Shown here in pieces: positions 34,119-39,848 of a stretch of DNA of 39,848 nucleotides. Each line of letters opens with the position of its first letter. The first letter of the stretch is position 1. The stretch covers positions 1 through 39,848 of the forward strand of contig JAZQIE010000134.1 in the NCBI GenBank assembly GCA_045540975.1, read 5' to 3'. This stretch comes from Eubacteriales bacterium (GTDB taxonomy: Bacteria; Bacillota; Clostridia; Oscillospirales; JAAYXM01). The notes beneath the pieces are model-generated. The model did not search any database and was not told where the DNA came from. It saw only the letters and a program-made list of their open reading frames with translations. The position numbers were made by a program, and so were the translations under genes.

Positions 34119-35009
34119 ATGAAAACTCCGATTTTTACCGGTGCAAATGTTGCAATCGTCACCCCGTTTAAAAACGGGAAGGTTGACTTTGACACGTTGA
34201 AACAACTGATTGAATTTCAGATTAAAAGCGGCACCAATGCAATCACCATTTGCGGTACCACCGGTGAATCCGCGACCCTCTCGCACGAGGAACACACCGC
34301 GGTCATCAAATGCTGCGTAGAAACCGTTGCAGGCCGTGTCCCCGTTTTGGCGGGTACCGGCAGTAACGACACCGCATACGCGCTCTATCTTTCCAAGGAA
34401 GCAGAATCTTTGGGCGTTGACGCTCTTTTGATGGTTACTCCATACTACAACAAAGCGACCCAGACCGGTCTTATCCGCCACTATACATACGTTGCGGATA
34501 ATGTCAACACTCCGATTATTCTTTACAGTGTCCCCAGCCGCACCGGTGTCGGTTTCACCGCGGCAACTTACAAGGAACTCTCCAAACACCCGAACATCAA
34601 CGGTGTCAAGGAAGCAAGCGGCAATTTCTCGCTGATTGCAGAGACTTTGAGTCTGTGCGGCGATGACCTCAACATGTGGTGCGGCAACGATGACCAAACC
34701 GTCCCGATGATGTCACTCGGCGCAAAGGGTGTTATTTCTGTCGCATCCAACATCATCCCCGAGTACGTGGTCAAGATGTGTAACCTCGCCCTCAAGGGCG
34801 ATTTCAAAGCGGCTGCCGAAATGCAGCTCAAGGCGTATGACTTAATGGACCGTTTGTTCATCGAAGTCAACCCCATCCCGGTCAAGGCTGCACTTGAAAT
34901 GCTCGGTATGTGCGACGGTGAACTCCGTATGCCGATGTGCGAGATTTCGGATGCAAACCGTGAAGTCTTAAAGCAATCGATGATTAACTTCGGTCTCACC
35001 GTGAAGTAA
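34119..35009 (+). CDS. dapA: 4-hydroxy-tetrahydrodipicolinate synthase
   Basis: 296 aa. AIVTPF...GTTGESATLSHEEH...YNK...VKEASG pattern of DapA. Confidence 0.95.
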   Translation: MKTPIFTGANVAIVTPFKNGKVDFDTLKQLIEFQIKSGTNAITICGTTGESATLSHEEHTAVIKCCVETVAGRVPVLAGTGSNDTAYALYLSKEAESLGVDALLMVTPYYNKATQTGLIRHYTYVADNVNTPIILYSVPSRTGVGFTAATYKELSKHPNINGVKEASGNFSLIAETLSLCGDDLNMWCGNDDQTVPMMSLGAKGVISVASNIIPEYVVKMCNLALKGDFKAAAEMQLKAYDLMDRLFIEVNPIPVKAALEMLGMCDGELRMPMCEISDANREVLKQSMINFGLTVK

Positions 35010-35036
35010 GTCATCGGAAAGAGAAGTGTAACAGAC

Positions 35037-35810
35037 ATGATTCAGATCATTCTCTCGGGTTGCAACGGCCGTATGGGTCGTGCAATCACAGACATTGTTT
35101 CAAAAAACGCGGATGCACAAATTGTTGCAGGTGTGGATTTGAACACAGAAGCCTCTTGCGGTTATCCGGTTTACGCATCGATCGGTGAGGTTACCGAATC
35201 CGCGGATGTTTTAATCGACTTTTCCCACCCCTCCCTGCTTTCGGGGCTGCTGGAATTCTGCGTCAGCCGTAAAATCCCCGCGGTCATCGCAACAACCGGT
35301 TGCTCGGATGAACAGCTTCGGGAAATTGACGAGGCTGCAAAGGTCGTTCCCATGTTCCGTTCGGGCAATATGTCGCTTGGCATCAATGTGCTTTTGATGT
35401 TGGTGGAGCGTGCGGCAAAAATTTTGGGTGACACGTTTGATGTGGAAGTCATCGAACGTCATCACAACCAGAAAATCGATGCTCCGAGCGGCACCGCATT
35501 GATGATTGCAGACCGTCTCAAAGAATCCTTGCCCCATGAATCCGAGTTGGTGTACGACCGTCATTCGGTTCGTCAAAAACGCGGAGCGCAGGAAATCGGA
35601 ATGCATTCTCTTCGCGGCGGTACCATCGTGGGTGTGCACGAAGTGGTCTTCGCAGGCCGCGACGAGGTGGTCGAGCTCAAGCACGAGGCACAATCGCGTG
35701 AGGTGTTTGCCGCAGGCGCGGTAAAAGCCGCATTGTTCCTCACCGAAATGACTGCCCCCAAGCTCTATAACATGGATGATTTGGTGGCAACCGTCATCGG
35801 AAATCAGTAA
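35037..35810 (+). CDS. dapB: 4-hydroxy-tetrahydrodipicolinate reductase
   Basis: 257 aa. GCNGRMGR nucleotide-binding motif and the DapB signature ERHHNQKIDAPSGTA. Confidence 0.95.
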   Translation: MIQIILSGCNGRMGRAITDIVSKNADAQIVAGVDLNTEASCGYPVYASIGEVTESADVLIDFSHPSLLSGLLEFCVSRKIPAVIATTGCSDEQLREIDEAAKVVPMFRSGNMSLGINVLLMLVERAAKILGDTFDVEVIERHHNQKIDAPSGTALMIADRLKESLPHESELVYDRHSVRQKRGAQEIGMHSLRGGTIVGVHEVVFAGRDEVVELKHEAQSREVFAAGAVKAALFLTEMTAPKLYNMDDLVATVIGNQ

Positions 35811-35816
35811 ATAACA

Positions 35817-35856
35817 TAAAAAAACAGCATGGACTTTCGTCCATGCTGTTTTTTTA
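35817..35856. terminator. Bidirectional intrinsic terminator (dapB / metH)
   Basis: ACAGCATGGAC (35824-35834), loop TTTC, GTCCATGCTGT (35839-35849). It is flanked by an A-run and a T-run. Confidence 0.85.
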
Positions 35857-38208
35857 TTCTCCAAACACAGTTTTTGCAACGTCAACCGATTGTTTGGCGT
35901 CTTTTGCGTAGTAATCCGCGCCGATTTTCTCGGCATATTCCGGAGTCAGTACCGCGCCGCCGACCATAATTTTACAATTATGACCGGATGCACGAAGCAG
36001 ACGGATGGTTTCCTCCATACTTCCAAGTGTGGTTGTCATCAAAGCAGAAAGTCCGACAAGCGGTACATTTTGCTTCACAGCGGCATCCACAATCGCTTGC
36101 GGCGGAACATCGCGTCCCAAGTCGATGACGGTATACCCGTAATTTTCAAGCAGAACTTTCACAATATTCTTTCCGATATCGTGAATGTCACCCTTCACGG
36201 TTGCAACAATGATTTTTCCTTTTTCCACATTGCCCGCACCCGTGGCGGCAAGTTTTTCTTTTACCGCCTCAAAGCCTGCGCTTGCGGCTTCCGCCGAGCG
36301 AATGAGTTGCGGAAGGAAAATTGCACCGCTCTCAAACTTTTTCCCAACATCGTCAAGCGCGGGAATGAGTTGAGAATTGACAAGCTCCATTGCATCCGTT
36401 GTTTCCAAAAGAGCCTTACACACCGTCATACACTCCGCTTTCAACCCTTGTGCGATGCAATACGGGACATCGTGTGCTTTTTTCTCGCCGCTCACCTGCG
36501 GCTTTGCGGCAGGAGTTTCCCCACCGTACGCTTCGATAAATGCAACAGCATTTTCATCGTGATTCATCAGCAGATGATAGGCTCGCACAGCACCCATCAT
36601 GGAGGCGATATTCGGATTGATAATGGGAAGGTCCAGCCCATGTGTCATTGCCATGGTAAGGAAGTTTGCATTGACCAATTCACGGGCAGGAAGCCCGAAG
36701 GAAATATTGGAAACGCCCAATACCGTTTTTACACCGAAGCGCTCTTTCACAGTGCTCAATGCTTTCAAGGTTTCCTGCACACCCGCCTGCTCCGCGGATG
36801 CGGTAAGGGTCAGGCAGTCAATGAAAATATCCTCTTTGGGAATCCCGATTGCGACCGCGCGCGCAACAATACGCTCTGCGATGGCAATTCTCTCCTCCGC
36901 GGTTTTCGGAATCCCCTTTTCATCCAAGGTCAAGCCGACCACCGCCGCGCCATAGCGCTTTACAATCGGCAAAATTGCATCAAGAGAGGCTTCTTCACCG
37001 TTTACCGAGTTTACGATTGCTTTGCCGTTATACACGCGCAGTGCGGCTTCAATCACCGCAGGATTGGTAGAGTCTATCTGAAGCGGTGCATCGGTAATCC
37101 CTTGCAAGGCTTTGACCACTTCCACCATCATCGCGGTTTCGTCAATTCCCGGAAGTCCGACATTGACGTCTAAAATTTCGGCACCTGCTTCCATCTGCTC
37201 ACTCGCCTGACCCAAGATAAAATCAATATCATGGTCACGAAGTGCCTGCTGGAAGCGTTTCTTTCCGGTCGGGTTGATACGCTCACCAATGACACGCGGT
37301 CGGGCAATCACAACCGTATTGCGTGCAGAACAAACTGCCGCAGTTCGTTTTTCTCGAACAATCGGGCTTGCGGAAATCCCCTGCAAAGCACAGATATACA
37401 CCGGAGTAGTTCCACAGCAACCGCCAATGATGGTTGCACCTGCCCTTACAAGAAGCGCAACCTGGCGTGCAAATTCCTCGGGGTCAATGTCATATGTATT
37501 GGAATTGAGATTCGGAAGCCCTGCATTTGGTTTTACAATAATCGGAAGCGAGGTCCAACGCGCAAGTTCTTCTACAAGCGGAACCAAATCCTTCGGGCCG
37601 AGCGAGCAGTTAAACCCAATCGCATCCGCGCCGAGTCCTTCCAACGTCATTGCCATTGCAGAAACCGAGCATCCGGTAAAGGTGCGCAAGTTCTCTTCAA
37701 ATGTCATAGTGACAAAGACGGGCTTGTCACTGTTTTCTTTCGCAGCAAGAAGCGCGGCTTTGGCTTCCAGCAAATCGGTCATGGTTTCAACCACAACAAG
37801 GTCCGCATCTTTTGCCGCAAGCACCATTTCTTTGAAGATATCATATGCTTCTTCAAATGAAAGGGTCCCAATCGGCTCAAGCAATTGCCCAATCGGACCA
37901 ATGTCAAGCGCAACCAATGCATTCTTCCCTGCCGCCGATTTCGCATTCTCAATCGCTTTTGAAACCACTTCCGAAACGCTGTAGTCACAGCCCTCCAGTT
38001 TGTGACGATTGGCACCAAACGTATTGGCATAAACGATATTCGCACCTGCATCAATATATGCACGGTGGGTGTCTGCAATCTGATTCGGAGCGGTGATTCC
38101 GAGTGCCTCGGGTTTTTCTCCGAGTTGCAAACCGCTCTTTTGCAGCATCGTTCCCATCGCGCCGTCCAAATAAATCAAATCGCGCGAAAGCAGTTCAGTT
38201 ATGGTCAC
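35854..38208 (-). CDS. metH: Methionine synthase lacking the reactivation domain (Hcy-binding, pterin-binding, B12 cap and B12-binding domains)
   Basis: ORF is 35854-38304. I place the start at GTG 38208 (xTITELLSRDLIYLDGAMGTMLQ), after GAGGTG, because the upstream gene ends at 38195. Motifs: GGCCGTTP (Hcy domain), a DHPS-like pterin domain, and the B12 motif GDIHDIGKNIV with SALMTTT. It ends right after the B12 domain (784 aa). Confidence 0.88.
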   Translation of the reverse strand: MTITELLSRDLIYLDGAMGTMLQKSGLQLGEKPEALGITAPNQIADTHRAYIDAGANIVYANTFGANRHKLEGCDYSVSEVVSKAIENAKSAAGKNALVALDIGPIGQLLEPIGTLSFEEAYDIFKEMVLAAKDADLVVVETMTDLLEAKAALLAAKENSDKPVFVTMTFEENLRTFTGCSVSAMAMTLEGLGADAIGFNCSLGPKDLVPLVEELARWTSLPIIVKPNAGLPNLNSNTYDIDPEEFARQVALLVRAGATIIGGCCGTTPVYICALQGISASPIVREKRTAAVCSARNTVVIARPRVIGERINPTGKKRFQQALRDHDIDFILGQASEQMEAGAEILDVNVGLPGIDETAMMVEVVKALQGITDAPLQIDSTNPAVIEAALRVYNGKAIVNSVNGEEASLDAILPIVKRYGAAVVGLTLDEKGIPKTAEERIAIAERIVARAVAIGIPKEDIFIDCLTLTASAEQAGVQETLKALSTVKERFGVKTVLGVSNISFGLPARELVNANFLTMAMTHGLDLPIINPNIASMMGAVRAYHLLMNHDENAVAFIEAYGGETPAAKPQVSGEKKAHDVPYCIAQGLKAECMTVCKALLETTDAMELVNSQLIPALDDVGKKFESGAIFLPQLIRSAEAASAGFEAVKEKLAATGAGNVEKGKIIVATVKGDIHDIGKNIVKVLLENYGYTVIDLGRDVPPQAIVDAAVKQNVPLVGLSALMTTTLGSMEETIRLLRASGHNCKIMVGGAVLTPEYAEKIGADYYAKDAKQSVDVAKTVFGE

Positions 38209-38872
38209 AGCGGTCACCTCTTTTTCGATAAATACAAGTTTTTTTCGCCGCGCACGTTTCACATCCACGCTGTTTTCTTGGCAATTCTTCATCAGAAAGA
38301 CCAATCACAGCGGTCACGGATTTACGCGGTGTCAACAATTGAGAATCTGTCGCGCACAGACCTATCCGTCTCTGCGCATCTAAAACGGTCAAAATTTCAT
38401 TTTGCAGCGAAACAGGAAAATCTCCGTACCCGGGAGAAAATCTCCATGTGGCGTACATTTCCGGCATCTCTGCACGAATCTCAGCCTCTGCCGCATCGCA
38501 CACCTGCTCAATCAGTGCATCCGCTGCCGCATCCATAAGGAGCGCGCGACTGACACTCTTAACCGCGGCTGCATCAATCAACCGCACCAATTCCCCGGAC
38601 AAAGTAGCCGCAAACAAAACCAATTTCTTGCAGCCGTTCAGATGGGCTTTGATGTCTTCTCCGCCCAAAACCAGATTGCTCCCCGAAAGTGCAATCCCGT
38701 CTTTTGTTTCCGCAAATTCAAACACACGAAAAACATAAGCGGGGCGCGCACGAGAGAGGACAAGTGATTCACATTCGCTGAGTTCGCCCAGAAGGTCATC
38801 CGACAAGGGTTGTCCGCTGTATCCAAGATACCGCAAAACCTCATCGCGACGGATTGTAGTGATTGGCTTCAA
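38195..38872 (-). CDS. Stand-alone vitamin-B12-dependent methionine synthase activation-domain protein
   Basis: 225 aa with a TTG start (38872) after AGGTGG. RFSPGYGDFPVSLQNEILTVLDAQRRIGLCATDSQLLTPRKSVTAVIG matches the MetH AdoMet-binding/reactivation module. Cys-rich tail CETCAAKKTCIYRKRGDRC. Confidence 0.75.
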   Translation of the reverse strand: MKPITTIRRDEVLRYLGYSGQPLSDDLLGELSECESLVLSRARPAYVFRVFEFAETKDGIALSGSNLVLGGEDIKAHLNGCKKLVLFAATLSGELVRLIDAAAVKSVSRALLMDAAADALIEQVCDAAEAEIRAEMPEMYATWRFSPGYGDFPVSLQNEILTVLDAQRRIGLCATDSQLLTPRKSVTAVIGLSDEELPRKQRGCETCAAKKTCIYRKRGDRCDHN

Positions 38873-38880
38873 AGAACCAC

Positions 38881-39747
38881 CTATTTCTTCAATAAGTTTG
38901 CAATGCTCTCATAGATGCGTTTTGCAACATATGCATTGTTCATGGTGTAGAGATGGATTCCATCCACACCGTTTGCAATCAAATCAACGATTTGATCCAC
39001 CGCGTATGCAATCCCCGCATCACGCATTGCTTCGGGATTATCGCCATAGCGCTGTACCATCTTCGCAAACTTGGGCGGAACACTCGCACCGCACATGGAA
39101 ACAGTTTTCTCAATCTGAGTTTTGCTGGTAATCGGCATAATACCGACTTCGACCGGGACTTTGATGCCGGCAATGGTAGCACGTTCCATGAACGAATAAA
39201 ACGGTGCATTGTCCAAAAACAGCTGTGTAATCAGATAATCAACACCTGCATCGACTTTGTCACGCAGATACAGAATATCCTCTGCCGCATTTTTCGCCTC
39301 ACTGTGCACTTCGGGATAGCACGCCGCCGCAATTCCAAAATCACCGTGCGCACGAATAAACGAGATAAGGTCCGCAGCATAGAGAAATTCTTCCTTTGGC
39401 GCAACGTCGGGACGTCTGTCCCCGCGTAAAGCAAGAATATTTTCCACATTCCGCTCACGCAGCTGCCCCAAAATCGTCTTGACATCCTCTTTCGTGGAAT
39501 TCACGCAGGTGAGGTGCGCGACCGATTCAATCTTGTGCTCATTTTTGATGAAGCCTGCCAAATCAACTGTGCTGGAATCCGCAACATTTCCACCCGCACC
39601 GTAAGTGACACTGATGGAATCGGGAGAAATCCCGCTGAGTTCATCCAATGTGGAATAGATGGTTTCGATGCCGCTTGTTTTTTTCGGCGGGAAGATTTCA
39701 AGCGAGAACACAACTTTATCAGGCTTGAACATGGATGCAATTTTCAT
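38881..39747 (-). CDS. metF: Methylenetetrahydrofolate reductase
   Basis: 288 aa. FSLEIFPPK, VTYGAGG, HLTC and ENILALRGD blocks of MetF. First gene of the metF / activation-domain gene / metH cluster. Confidence 0.9.
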   Translation of the reverse strand: MKIASMFKPDKVVFSLEIFPPKKTSGIETIYSTLDELSGISPDSISVTYGAGGNVADSSTVDLAGFIKNEHKIESVAHLTCVNSTKEDVKTILGQLRERNVENILALRGDRRPDVAPKEEFLYAADLISFIRAHGDFGIAAACYPEVHSEAKNAAEDILYLRDKVDAGVDYLITQLFLDNAPFYSFMERATIAGIKVPVEVGIMPITSKTQIEKTVSMCGASVPPKFAKMVQRYGDNPEAMRDAGIAYAVDQIVDLIANGVDGIHLYTMNNAYVAKRIYESIANLLKK

Positions 39748-39771
39748 ATTACATACCTCTTTTCGTTAAAG

Positions 39772-39806
39772 GAAAAAACAAGCAGAAGAGGTCTTCTGCT
39801 TGTTTT
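39772..39806 (-). terminator. Strong hairpin with U-tract 25 nt upstream of the metF start (upstream-gene terminator or leader attenuator)
   Basis: On the minus strand: ACAAGCAGAAGA, loop CC, TCTTCTGCTTGT (39802-39777), followed by TTTTTT. Only about 25 nt, including the SD AAGAGG, separate it from ATG 39747. Confidence 0.55.
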
Positions 39807-39848
39807 TGGGAGTCAATAATTACTCAGCGTCGGTGCTTGCGACAACTT

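Overview
This 39.8 kb window looks like a chromosomal segment of a spore-forming Firmicute, probably a Clostridia-type anaerobe. That is inferred from gene content: spoIIGA-sigE, spoIIAA-spoIIAB-sigF, a SpoIID/LytB-domain gene, Prp-processed L27, and T-box and L-box leaders.

Most of the window is densely packed core genes:
- Crp/Fnr regulator with a divergent 4Fe-4S protein, a DMT transporter, an NhaC antiporter and GtrA
- trkA-trkH
- an arylamine N-acetyltransferase and thrS
- obg and rplU-prp-rpmA
- a DUF1292 gene and tcdA
- a T-box leader with valS-folC
- yajC-tgt-queA
- a lysine riboswitch with asd-dapA-dapB
- metF, a stand-alone methionine-synthase activation-domain gene, and metH

I found no CRISPR array, tRNA, rRNA, transposase or integrase.

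Three parts are non-core:
1. An AraC regulator, glycyl-radical activase and an unusually short (664 aa) PFL2-type glycyl radical enzyme, inserted between thrS and obg. Its Gly and Cys loops are atypical. This is my best candidate for undescribed biochemistry, but I cannot assign a substrate from sequence.
2. A degraded prophage fragment of about 1.1 kb (17.4-18.5 kb). It carries an N-terminally truncated MuF/SPP1-gp7-like gene and two intact-looking small ORFs, each followed by the same 30-nt hairpin.
3. A 250-nt intergenic region upstream of tcdA with alternative pairings, unassigned to any RNA family.

All start-site refinements, promoters and RNA structures are read by eye from the sequence. 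No searches or folding programs were run.
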